Source: Promethearchaeota archaeon (lineage in GTDB: Archaea > Asgardarchaeota > Lokiarchaeia > Sigyniarchaeales > SOKP01). Taken from it: DNA of 64,000 nucleotides. Every line of letters starts with the position of its first letter. The first letter of the stretch is position 1. The translations under genes and the position numbers were made by a program. Location: positions 1 through 64,000 of the forward strand of contig JBHLOC010000024.1 of NCBI GenBank assembly GCA_048940925.1, given 5' to 3'. The notes under the pieces were generated by a model, which saw nothing but the letters and a program-made list of their open reading frames with translations, ran no database searches and was not told where the DNA came from. Shown here piece by piece: positions 53,003 to 62,515 of the stretch.

Positions 53003-55237
53003 TTAACTAAAATATTTTTTAATTAAAAATTCAAGGCTTTCCCACTTTTCAATAACACTACAAGTATCTTTTATATTTTTAACTAAAACCTTATACTCAT
53101 TATCAAATTCCTTGACTATAGCTTCAAGTTTTCTTTGAATTATTAATAGATCTTCTTTAACTACAAGTGCAAAAATAATATCATTTGTATTGTTGGTTTG
53201 AAAAATTATTTTACGATCTCCATGATCTACTGTCCTTATCTGTTTTTCGCCTTGAGCAACTAGTTTTAATATTGATAACATTCCAATTATTCCACCTGAA
53301 ATTAAAACAGAGTCATATTTCTCTTTTGTGCCTTCTACAAAAGGATGATCATAAAGCAGAATTCCTGATTTATAAATAATATAAATATAAATTAATGAAT
53401 TGATCCAATTTTTTAAAGGTAATCTTATAATAAATTTAGCTCCTTTATCTTTTCCTTTTGATTCAAAAATAATTTGACCTCCATGTAGATCAATGATTTC
53501 ATTTGAAAATTGTAATCCAAGTAAAGATTCTTGCGAATTCAATAAATTTCTTTTTAAATAGATTCTATTTTTTTCTAGTTCTGTTAATCCAACACTATTA
53601 TTTTTTATAGTTATTTGAGCAAAATTATTACTTTTTTGTAAACATATTGATATATCAACTTTCTTAGAAGTATTTTTTATTATATACAGTAATAAATCTT
53701 TAATCACGTGCACCATTCTAACCTTATCGACCTCTGAGTACAAATCTTCTGATATATCTAATGCAAGATTAAATTTTCGCTTATTTATATTACTCATTAT
53801 ATCATCTATCGATTCTCTAATTATCTCGATTATACTCTCTGTTTGCTTTTTTAATTTTAATTTATCAGATTCAATTCTAGAAATATCTACAATTCTTTCA
53901 ACCAAATTTATTGATTTTTCTCCTCCACTTTTAATTAATTCTAACAGTTGTATCGCATTTTGATCTAATTTATCTTTATATGAGTTTAAAAGAATTTTGG
54001 ATGCATTAGACATAACATTTAATGGTGATTTCAATTCTTTTGAGGTTTGGGCAGTTAATTCCTTTTTAACTTGATCCAATTTCCTTAACCTCTCATTTTC
54101 TTCTTTAATAATCTTTTCTGCTAATTTCTTTTCAGTTATATCCTGCACAATAACTTGAATATATTTTTTACTCCCAATTTTTAATGATGAGAAAAAACAT
54201 TCAACCCAAGCTATATTATAGTCTTCATCATGATACATAAAATCTATAATTTCACTTAAATCATAATCAAAAGCATTTTGAATTATTTCTTTAACTGAAT
54301 CAAGTTGGTTTTCATTTATTTGGAAAATATCAAAAAAAGATTTACCTTTTAATTCCTCTTTAGGTTTATTTAAATAGATTTTAGCAAGGCTATTGCAATC
54401 ATGAACATTTTTGTTCAAATCTAATAAAATTATAGGATAGGGAAAGTTTTCAACCAGATTTCGAAATTTTTCTTCGATATTTTTACGATCTGTTATATCC
54501 CTTATTATATCTATTATTGCTTGTTGACCGTTAAAATTAAATGTCGGAGTACAATTATATTCAAAATATTTTTTCTCATATGTCATAGGATCTATAAATT
54601 CTTTTTCAAATCTAATAACATCATAATTATTTGTTAATTTATTAAAAGTACAATGTTCACACACATTTTCTCTATTCATTAAAACATTATAACAAATATT
54701 TCCACTAAGATGAGATCCAAATTCTTCTTCTGCTTTTCTATTCAGGTATAAAATTCTGTGATCTTTCGAGATGACTATAATTGAATCATTAACATTTGAT
54801 AATATTAAATTTAATTTTGCTTCTGATTCTTTGATTTCTTGCTCGATTTTCTTACGTTCGGTTATATCTCTTCCAATTTTAACTATCTCCTCTATCTTTC
54901 CATCTTTAGTCTTGAGTGGGTACGCTAAAAGTTCCACATACGCTTCTTCTCCGTTTATATGATGAGTATGGATAACCTCACAAAATTGCCCAGTTCTTAA
55001 TACACTCTCAACTGGACATTTACATTCTGGTGGTCTACAAATCTTTTTTCGATTGTGAGTTAATTTATAACATTTTCTTCCTATAGCCTCTTTTTTAGAC
55101 ACACCATATTTTAAACAAAAAGTTTTGTTTACATCTATTATTCTATAATTTTTATCTAAAACCGTTATTTCATCGAATATAGAATCAAAAATTAACGTTA
55201 AATAATCAATGTCTTGAATTCTTTTGTTTTCCAGCAT
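53003..55237 (-). CDS. PAS-PAS-PAS pseudo-histidine kinase with C-terminal longin-like domain
   Basis: H-box SKELKSPL (His replaced by Lys); degenerate N/G1/G2 boxes; tail YIIYKSGILLYD...LISGGIIG...IRTVDHGDRKIIF. Confidence 0.85.
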   Translation of the reverse strand: MLENKRIQDIDYLTLIFDSIFDEITVLDKNYRIIDVNKTFCLKYGVSKKEAIGRKCYKLTHNRKKICRPPECKCPVESVLRTGQFCEVIHTHHINGEEAYVELLAYPLKTKDGKIEEIVKIGRDITERKKIEQEIKESEAKLNLILSNVNDSIIVISKDHRILYLNRKAEEEFGSHLSGNICYNVLMNRENVCEHCTFNKLTNNYDVIRFEKEFIDPMTYEKKYFEYNCTPTFNFNGQQAIIDIIRDITDRKNIEEKFRNLVENFPYPIILLDLNKNVHDCNSLAKIYLNKPKEELKGKSFFDIFQINENQLDSVKEIIQNAFDYDLSEIIDFMYHDEDYNIAWVECFFSSLKIGSKKYIQVIVQDITEKKLAEKIIKEENERLRKLDQVKKELTAQTSKELKSPLNVMSNASKILLNSYKDKLDQNAIQLLELIKSGGEKSINLVERIVDISRIESDKLKLKKQTESIIEIIRESIDDIMSNINKRKFNLALDISEDLYSEVDKVRMVHVIKDLLLYIIKNTSKKVDISICLQKSNNFAQITIKNNSVGLTELEKNRIYLKRNLLNSQESLLGLQFSNEIIDLHGGQIIFESKGKDKGAKFIIRLPLKNWINSLIYIYIIYKSGILLYDHPFVEGTKEKYDSVLISGGIIGMLSILKLVAQGEKQIRTVDHGDRKIIFQTNNTNDIIFALVVKEDLLIIQRKLEAIVKEFDNEYKVLVKNIKDTCSVIEKWESLEFLIKKYFS

Positions 55238-55251
55238 TTTTTCGCTTTTTT

Positions 55252-56838
55252 TTAATAGATATTTATATTTATTCCATTTAGAATATCCTTATTAATATTG
55301 GGAAAGCTAAGTTCAATTAGGATGATAAACTTACTTCCTTCTCGATAATCTCCTTTAGCCCTATCCTCAACCCAAATTTGTCCATTATATTCTTCTATTA
55401 TTTTTTTTACCAATGATAGCCCCAATCCCATGTTAATGCTATTTCTCACTTTTTTTTCTGCACGCAGAAAAATTTTTTCTTTCATATTATCTGGTACCCC
55501 CATCCCATTATCAATAAATTCTAATTTGAGATATTTAATGTTATTTTTTTGTTCTTTAGAGATCTTGATAATTATTTCTATTATTTGATGGTTGTTATGT
55601 CTTATAGCATTTATTAAAATATTTTCAAATACGTCAAGTAAGAGGTCGTTTGCTTTAACATAAAATTTTTTGTTAGGGGGATAAACTTGAATATTAATTT
55701 TTTTACCTTTGTAACTTTTGATTACATACTGAATTGAACGTTTTAATACTTCATTAACTTCGATTGATGTTATAGATAATCCAGTTTCTTCAATCTCAGA
55801 AAGTTTTCTTACATTAGAAACTAAATTTGCCCCTCTGATAACCTGCTCTATAGCAATATTTATCAATTCATCTACATTTTCATTTCCTTTAAAATTTTTT
55901 AAATATAAAGATAGAAGCTCCAATGATGATTCTATACTTTGAAAAATATTATTAATGTCGTGAGCAAAGAGATCCTTATAGAAATTCGCACGGTTATAAG
56001 CTTCGCGATATTTTTTTTCTGAATCAATTAAAATTTTTTCCGCATTTTTCCTATAGGTTATATCTCTTACAATATCTACTATTGCTGGTTGGCCATTAAA
56101 GTTTTCAATTGGTGTACATCTGTATTCATAAAATTTATTATCATTAGTTAAAGGTTTGATAATTTTAGATTCAAAACTAATAACTCTATTATTTGTATTA
56201 ATAAATTTAGTAAAAGTACAATTTTCACATACATTATCTCTATTCATTAGAACATCATAACAAATATTTCCACTAAGATGAGATCCAAATTCTTCTTCTG
56301 CTTTTCTATTCATGTATAAAATTCTGTGATCTTTTGAAATGACTATGATGGAATCATCCACATTTGATAATATTGTATTCATATTTGATTCGGATTGTTT
56401 AATTTCTTGCTCAATTTTCTTGCGTTCGGTGATATCTCTTCCAATTTTAACTATCTGCTTTATCTTACCATCTTTTGTCTTGATTGGATAGGCTAAAAGT
56501 TCGACATACATTTCTTCACCATTTATATGATGAATATGAATAGTCTCACTGAATTGCCCAGTTTTTAATACATCTTCAACGGGACATTTACATTCTGGTG
56601 GTCTACAAATCTTTTCTCGGTTGTGAGTTACCTCATAACATTTTCTTCCTATTGTTTTATCTCTAGAAACACCATATTTTAAGCAAAAAGTTTTATTTAC
56701 ATCCATTATTCTATAATTTTTATCTAAAACTGTTATTTCATCAAATATAGAGTCAAAAATTGATAATAAAGGATCCTCTTCTTGATCTTTTTGTTTTTTT
56801 CTAATAATGTTCACCTTTTTTCTTAAAAAAACTATCAT
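55252..56838 (-). CDS. PAS-PAS sensor histidine kinase
   Basis: H-box AHDINN, N-box ENILINA, G1 DNGMG and G2 GLGL. Confidence 0.92.
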   Translation of the reverse strand: MIVFLRKKVNIIRKKQKDQEEDPLLSIFDSIFDEITVLDKNYRIMDVNKTFCLKYGVSRDKTIGRKCYEVTHNREKICRPPECKCPVEDVLKTGQFSETIHIHHINGEEMYVELLAYPIKTKDGKIKQIVKIGRDITERKKIEQEIKQSESNMNTILSNVDDSIIVISKDHRILYMNRKAEEEFGSHLSGNICYDVLMNRDNVCENCTFTKFINTNNRVISFESKIIKPLTNDNKFYEYRCTPIENFNGQPAIVDIVRDITYRKNAEKILIDSEKKYREAYNRANFYKDLFAHDINNIFQSIESSLELLSLYLKNFKGNENVDELINIAIEQVIRGANLVSNVRKLSEIEETGLSITSIEVNEVLKRSIQYVIKSYKGKKINIQVYPPNKKFYVKANDLLLDVFENILINAIRHNNHQIIEIIIKISKEQKNNIKYLKLEFIDNGMGVPDNMKEKIFLRAEKKVRNSINMGLGLSLVKKIIEEYNGQIWVEDRAKGDYREGSKFIILIELSFPNINKDILNGININIY

Positions 56839-56856
56839 ATTTGAGCTTTAAACTCT

Positions 56857-56985
56857 TTATATCTTGAGCGAAGTGTAACCACATTGATTACAAACAATTT
56901 CACCCATTTGTTTTATTGAAATTATATCCCTGGCACATTCCGGACATGAATTAAAGGTATTAATCTTTTCCTTTATTATTACCAA
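56857..56985 (-). CDS. 42-aa stand-alone TFIIB-type zinc ribbon
   Basis: Not in track: MVIIKEKINTFNSCPECARDIISIKQMGEIVCNQCGYTSLKI (TTG start). Confidence 0.72.
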   Translation of the reverse strand: MVIIKEKINTFNSCPECARDIISIKQMGEIVCNQCGYTSLKI

Positions 56986-57077
56986 TTTTTTAAATCACTT
57001 TTTTCAAATTCTCGTTTTCTTTTCTCAATCATATAATAGGCTTGCTTTTTCTCTTCTGAGTTAAGTTCTGCAAACAT
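56979..57077 (-). CDS. possible 32-aa microprotein coupled to the Zn-ribbon gene
   Basis: MFAELNSEEKKQAYYMIEKRKREFEKSDLKNW; AGGGG upstream; its end overlaps the next TTG. Confidence 0.3.
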   Translation of the reverse strand: MFAELNSEEKKQAYYMIEKRKREFEKSDLKNW

Positions 57078-57245
57078 ACCCCTTTATTTCATTAATTACT
57101 TTGTTCATTTTTTCTTTTTTTTGATTTTATTGTTTCTAAAAAGAAATTGAAATTATAATATAATTATATCGAGACAAAGCTCAAAGTTATTACATTTATT
57201 TATGGATATATACATTCTAATCCCATTTTACAAAATTTTTAATTT

Positions 57246-57911
57246 TTACTTCAATTGTTGTATTTTTTTTATAATTTCTTTAAGGTATAAATCTCCCATC
57301 CCTAAACGAACAGTATTAGAAAGAATTAATGTAATTATAAGTGATACATTACTAATTTGAATAAATTGGGAAAAAATTTTTTGATCATTTTCTAGAACTA
57401 AAAAATATTTTTTCACCATTATTAGATTTTTCTCATTTCTTACTTCGAATTCTCTGATCGTGTGAAATAATGTTTTCAATGGTAAAGATGAGTATAGAAC
57501 TTTTCCTTCTAATGTAAAGAGAGAACTTCCAAGAATATTATTTCCATCTACATAGTTTCTTAAAAGCCTAATTAAATCTTGAGAAAACGATAACATATTA
57601 AAAAATGAATTTTTATTTTTCTCCTGTGTTCCTTTAAATTCTAAGGATTCAATTGTATCATCATAAAATTCTATTCTCGATAATTCAAAATCAACTTTTT
57701 GATATCCTCTAACTTTAAAATTTTTATCTACAAATAATTGAAAGGTGTGTTTACAAACTAATCCAGAAGGGACAGAAACTGTAGTTAATCGCTTATTTTG
57801 GTTTATTATTTGAAATGGAATTTTCAAAATTTTCTTTTGATTACATAAGGGACACTGTATTAGAACATTTTGAGTATAATTTTCGTAACCAATATTTTCT
57901 TTATTAATCAA
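57246..57911 (-). CDS. Zn-ribbon plus roadblock/longin-like domain protein
   Basis: CPLC...CKH..VDKNFKVRGYQ; C-terminal ILGSSLFTLEGKVLYSSLP. Confidence 0.7.
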   Translation of the reverse strand: MINKENIGYENYTQNVLIQCPLCNQKKILKIPFQIINQNKRLTTVSVPSGLVCKHTFQLFVDKNFKVRGYQKVDFELSRIEFYDDTIESLEFKGTQEKNKNSFFNMLSFSQDLIRLLRNYVDGNNILGSSLFTLEGKVLYSSLPLKTLFHTIREFEVRNEKNLIMVKKYFLVLENDQKIFSQFIQISNVSLIITLILSNTVRLGMGDLYLKEIIKKIQQLK

Positions 57912-57940
57912 CTCAACACACTTGTTTTTTATAGGTTATA

Positions 57941-59401
57941 TTAAATTTTATTATGAGTTTTACTTAGATCAAGAAATTTTTCTTCAAAATACAATTCCTT
58001 TTCCTTCACATAATACTGACAATTTTGCTTTTCTAATCCAGTTACATAAATATTTTTTCTGGTACACCAATAAAGCCCTGTTGGATTTGGATTATATGCA
58101 TATTTACAATCCGAAGAAATAAACTCCTTTTTTTCTTCCCTCCAATTAAAAAATTCAAACAATTTTTGGCAGTGTCTTCCAGAGTTTTTATCAAATGGAT
58201 AACTCATTATACAATGAGTTCCAGTTCCCGTTTTTCTAAGTTTTACAGGAACAAATCCTAATCTAGTAAAAAATTTTAATTTATATGGAATACATTTCGC
58301 AACTAATAAGAAGACATTAAATTTATCATATTTTTCTAGTTCATGGTGAAACATAAATTCAACAAATTTTGATCCTAATCCCATTCTCCTATAATTCTCT
58401 TGAACTTCTAATGTGTCGAAATAAAAAATATACGTATTGTTATGTTTAAATAAAAATATTAAATTTAAACAGCCAATAATTCTATTAGTACCATTTATGA
58501 TATAATGTGAGTGATTCAAATAACCAAAATGCCAAATCCCTGGATTTTTAATATTTTCAAAAAATTTCTGCGGTAAATTTTCTCTTCGAACCATTTTAAA
58601 TATATAATCTTTTAAGAGTTTTCTCAAATGAGGTGATAGTTTACCAAAGATTTTTTCATTTCGTTCCTTTAAACGCCATAATGGAATTATGTTCTTTTCA
58701 ATTATTGGATATAACTCATTCCTTTCGATGACACTCTCTAAAGCTGACGAAACATAATCTTCTAAACCAAAATGTTGATCTTTTAACATATTTATAAGGA
58801 TCTCTACTGCTTTTTTATCACCTATACTTCCTAATGCTTCAATAATGTTTTTTTTAATTAGGAATTTCAAATTTTTTTTTGACAGCATTTTAATTAACTT
58901 ATCCACACATCGATAATCACCTATTATTCCAAGAGTCCATATAATATCTTTCTTAATCCAATCGTTTTCTCTTTCCAATAGGTTTAGTAAAATTTCTACT
59001 GAATGATTATCCCCAATATAAGCAAGTGCTAATATAACACTTTTCCTAATATAAATATTATTGTCTTTTAATAATTCAAATAAGTCTTTTAAAGTATTAT
59101 TATCTCCAATTCTCCCCAATCCTTCAATGGCATATTGTCGAATTCTTACTTTAATATCCTCATTAGAAGCGATTTTAAGTAATAATTTGACATTATCTTT
59201 TCCAATTTTCCCAATTATTTTTGGAACTAAATATGAAGACCCTTTAAAGTAAGTGTTTAACAAAGAAATAAGAGTTTCATAATTGCCATTTTTTTCTAAA
59301 GCTAAAACTGCCTTTCTTCTAATGCTAGGATCATCATGATTTAAATTTTCAAGTAAAACTTCATTAATTATTCTTTCATTAATCTTCTTTTTCCCCAACA
59401 T
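57941..59401 (-). CDS. HEAT-repeat / GNAT acetyltransferase / three-Cys domain fusion
   Basis: PBS-lyase-type HEAT repeats (ALGSIGD), GNAT motif A VQENYRRMGLGSK and FFTRLGF, C-terminal C-x13-C-x14-C. Confidence 0.85.
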   Translation of the reverse strand: MLGKKKINERIINEVLLENLNHDDPSIRRKAVLALEKNGNYETLISLLNTYFKGSSYLVPKIIGKIGKDNVKLLLKIASNEDIKVRIRQYAIEGLGRIGDNNTLKDLFELLKDNNIYIRKSVILALAYIGDNHSVEILLNLLERENDWIKKDIIWTLGIIGDYRCVDKLIKMLSKKNLKFLIKKNIIEALGSIGDKKAVEILINMLKDQHFGLEDYVSSALESVIERNELYPIIEKNIIPLWRLKERNEKIFGKLSPHLRKLLKDYIFKMVRRENLPQKFFENIKNPGIWHFGYLNHSHYIINGTNRIIGCLNLIFLFKHNNTYIFYFDTLEVQENYRRMGLGSKFVEFMFHHELEKYDKFNVFLLVAKCIPYKLKFFTRLGFVPVKLRKTGTGTHCIMSYPFDKNSGRHCQKLFEFFNWREEKKEFISSDCKYAYNPNPTGLYWCTRKNIYVTGLEKQNCQYYVKEKELYFEEKFLDLSKTHNKI

Positions 59402-59476
59402 TTACTCCAAAATATAACCTCTGTTCATGCAATTAATGTTGTTTTTCAATCTTATGCTGTTTAAATTTTTGATAAT

Positions 59477-59926
59477 TCAATGTAATGAACTTATATTACC
59501 TAAACTTTCATTTTGCTCATGATCGGAAAAATATTTTGATAATTTTCGAATCGTTTGATTTAATTCAAATAGAATTACACCTAAGTTTAAATAAATTGGA
59601 AATATAACTGAAAGCCTTATATCGTATGTGACTGATTCAAGAACAATGATAAATCCGTCATTATCTAGTTGATCCCCTGCTTGAATTAAAACCTGTTTTA
59701 TTTTATTGTTTTCTTTTAATATCTCGACACAGTTTTCAGCCAAAGAGACAATGCCAGCACTCAATGCACTAATAGATTGATGATAATTTTCATCTTCGTT
59801 GAAATTTATGCGATCTACTGTAATTAAAAAACCATCTTCAGTAAATAAGGTGGAACTCACTATACCTGTCCTATCTCTAAACGATTTTAAAATATTTTGG
59901 ATTTCTTTTTCCTGCATACTAACCAT
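59477..59926 (-). CDS. roadblock/LC7 (MglB-like) protein
   Basis: STLFTEDGFLI, ISALSAGI and NLGVILFE. Confidence 0.85.
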   Translation of the reverse strand: MVSMQEKEIQNILKSFRDRTGIVSSTLFTEDGFLITVDRINFNEDENYHQSISALSAGIVSLAENCVEILKENNKIKQVLIQAGDQLDNDGFIIVLESVTYDIRLSVIFPIYLNLGVILFELNQTIRKLSKYFSDHEQNESLGNISSLH

Positions 59927-60590
59927 CTTGGACGACTACCTCCTTTTCACCAATATTATTTTCATTCGTTTCATTACTTACAAATTTTAGTATTTGTATA
60001 ATCGCATCTTTTATCCCTATATTATATTTCGCAGATCCTTTGAATACTCGTTCACCTATCATATTTGAAATCATATCACAACCATGGTAATCATCTCTAT
60101 CTGATTTATTTGCAATAATCCTCATGGGAATAGTATTTCCTAAATTAACTTTAGTTTCTTCTAAAATTACTAATGCATTTCCAATATTCGCTAAATCACA
60201 ACCATCTATTAAAAAGATTACACCATCACTTCCTTTTGCTAAAATTTTTCGAACAGCAGAAAATTGAATTTGACCAGGACATCCTTTTAATTCAAGTTCA
60301 TTTATAAACCACCCTAAATATTCATCTCTATCTCTTAAATATTCACTCTCACTCATTATTACTCCTTCCGTTTCATAATTTAAATTTGGTCTCGCCCATA
60401 TCAGTCTTCCTAAATCAAAACCTGTAGTAGTATGCGTTTTATCTTCGTCATATGCTTTATGTAATTCTTTTTCAACATGGATTGCCTTCCCATCAAGAGT
60501 GTGCACTAAGGTACTTTTTCCAGAATTAAAGAATCCTGTTATGAAAATTTTTACCTTTTTGTCATTCAATTTATAATTCCCACATCCCAA
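59919..60590 (-). CDS. MglA/CvnD-type small GTPase
   Basis: GFFNSGKST, TTTGFDLG, GCPGQ, NKSD and SAK; overlaps the roadblock gene. Confidence 0.88.
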   Translation of the reverse strand: MGCGNYKLNDKKVKIFITGFFNSGKSTLVHTLDGKAIHVEKELHKAYDEDKTHTTTGFDLGRLIWARPNLNYETEGVIMSESEYLRDRDEYLGWFINELELKGCPGQIQFSAVRKILAKGSDGVIFLIDGCDLANIGNALVILEETKVNLGNTIPMRIIANKSDRDDYHGCDMISNMIGERVFKGSAKYNIGIKDAIIQILKFVSNETNENNIGEKEVVVQDG

Positions 60591-60905
60591 TTTTTAAAAT
60601 GAAATTTTAATAAATGATAATTTAATAAATTTTTCTAAAAATTTATATTATTTTTATATATAATCTTATTATTCTAATCCCTTTCCATATAAATCTCTAA
60701 TAATAATAATGTTTCCTCTATATATTTAAATCTTTAGATTAAATATTATTATAGAAATTTTCCTAAAAAAGAACCTTTTTATAAAAACATTTAAATATAA
60801 ATTTTTTTATAATCTTTCTATATAAAAATCTAATAAGAAAATAATTTTTATATAAAAAACGCCAAAAAATATAAAAAATAAAATAAAGTATATAGATGAT
60901 ATATA

Positions 60906-61382
60906 ATGGCTAATTATAAACAATTATCTGATTTTTTAAATGCCATGACTGGTGTAACTGTTGAATCTTTATTAAATATGGGACTAAATATTCCCTTAAT
61001 TTGGAATGAATTTGCGAATTCATTTAATAAAGATGGAGTCAAGGGCTTTCTAAAGGATTGTGGATTGGTGATCGATGGCTCTGATGTTAAATCGATAACA
61101 GAAGATTTTGCAAAAAAAGTAAAGGAGGTTGGTTTTTGTCAAAGGGCAAATATCATAGAAGCTAATGACAATAAAGTTGTTTTAGATCTTGGAGAATGTG
61201 TTTTAGCTCCTGTAACAAAAGTTATAAGAGGTACTGATTTGAACATGATACCTCCTTGTCCAATGATGGCTCTTTTATATGGTACGATAGAAACAAAAAC
61301 AGGAAAAAAGGGATCTATTGAGAAAGCAGAGTGGAAACCTGAAGAAAATACAACAATTTTTACATTGAATTTGGAGGGATAA
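60906..61382 (+). CDS. V4R / methanogen-output-domain-like small-ligand or metal-binding protein
   Basis: GFC...LDLGECVL...PPCPM..L pattern. Confidence 0.6.
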   Translation: MANYKQLSDFLNAMTGVTVESLLNMGLNIPLIWNEFANSFNKDGVKGFLKDCGLVIDGSDVKSITEDFAKKVKEVGFCQRANIIEANDNKVVLDLGECVLAPVTKVIRGTDLNMIPPCPMMALLYGTIETKTGKKGSIEKAEWKPEENTTIFTLNLEG

Positions 61383-61386
61383 AGAA

Positions 61387-61512
61387 ATGGCCAAATCAGA
61401 CTGCATTCATGCTGGAGATGAAAATTCTGAAGGTTTAGTTTGGTGTAATAAAAAAAATATTTATGTTTCAGCAAAAGAGAAGGACACATGTCCCGATTAT
61501 AAACCAAAATAA
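61387..61512 (+). CDS. 41-aa three-Cys microprotein
   Basis: Not in track: MAKSDCIHAGDENSEGLVWCNKKNIYVSAKEKDTCPDYKPK; GGAGG upstream; fits between neighbours; homologous to 58010-58114. Confidence 0.88.
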   Translation: MAKSDCIHAGDENSEGLVWCNKKNIYVSAKEKDTCPDYKPK

Positions 61513-61528
61513 AATCAGGTGTAAAAAA

Positions 61529-61894
61529 ATGAGTGCAAAAGAACAAAAAGTGAAGGATATATTATTTGACCTAGAAAAAAATTCAGAAGTGTCTAATAGT
61601 GCTCTTGTATCGTTAAAAGGACAGATGATGGCGAGCGCGTTACATAAAGACGTTGACGATAGAGCTGTAGCAGCAATGACTGCAGCATTAACATCAGTTG
61701 GAGCCAGAGTTGCCGAGACACTAAATTCCGGAAAAACAGGATCTATTTTCATTACCGGAGATAGTAGATTAATTGTATTGCACCAATTGGCTCAAGCAGT
61801 ACTAATTGCGATAGCTCCTGCTGATGCAAAAGTAGGTTTAATTGATTTCGAAGTAAATGCTGCTCTGGATAAAATAAAAATGGTTCTAGGATAA
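61529..61894 (+). CDS. roadblock/LC7 (MglB-like) protein
   Basis: Start corrected to MSAKEQ after AGGTG; SALVSLKGQMMAS, VAAMTAA and KVGLIDFE. Confidence 0.9.
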   Translation: MSAKEQKVKDILFDLEKNSEVSNSALVSLKGQMMASALHKDVDDRAVAAMTAALTSVGARVAETLNSGKTGSIFITGDSRLIVLHQLAQAVLIAIAPADAKVGLIDFEVNAALDKIKMVLG

Positions 61895-61999
61895 ATAATT
61901 ATATAATTAATTAATTTTTATTTTTTTTATTTTTTAAATTTCATAGTTTAGAATTAAAATTAACAAAATTAGAAGAATTATTACATAATAACATGGGAG

Positions 62000-62455
62000 A
62001 TGATTTTGTTAGAAATAAAAGAAAAGCTAATAAAATTATTAGATGATCTTATTACCAACACGAATATAAGTAGTACTAGTTTAATAACAGAAGATGGTTT
62101 AGTTATTGCTGTAAACAGTGAACAAGACATTGACGATGAGGAAATTAACTATAATTTTGCGGCAATTTCAGCTAGTATGTTGTCAATGGCAGAAAGAGGG
62201 ATAGAAATTATTAATGCAAATAAAATACTAGAACAAATTAAAATTGATGCTGGTTTAAACGAAAATATTGACGCTGATTTTACAATCTTAATCACGAGAG
62301 TCTTTTCTAATGTACTTTTACAATTAATTTTTCCTAAAAGAATTAATATTGGATTAATTCATTTCGAAACTAACAAGATCATTAAAGAAATAAGAAATGT
62401 AGTTCAGGAAGATACTTCTAGAGAACTTTTTACAAGTCTAGGTTCTCTTACATAA
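62000..62455 (+). CDS. roadblock/LC7 protein (paralogue of 59477..59926)
   Basis: SLITEDGLVIA, FAAISASM and NIGLIHFE. Confidence 0.88.
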   Translation: MILLEIKEKLIKLLDDLITNTNISSTSLITEDGLVIAVNSEQDIDDEEINYNFAAISASMLSMAERGIEIINANKILEQIKIDAGLNENIDADFTILITRVFSNVLLQLIFPKRINIGLIHFETNKIIKEIRNVVQEDTSRELFTSLGSLT

Positions 62456-62515
62456 ATTTGAATCCAAAAAATTAAGTATTCAATCAAATAATATAATTTA
62501 CAATGGTAATTAAAC

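Noticed and set aside
61463-61528. Track N-terminal extension of the roadblock ORF
   Set aside because: Overlaps the better-supported 41-aa gene; the RBS supports ATG at 61529.
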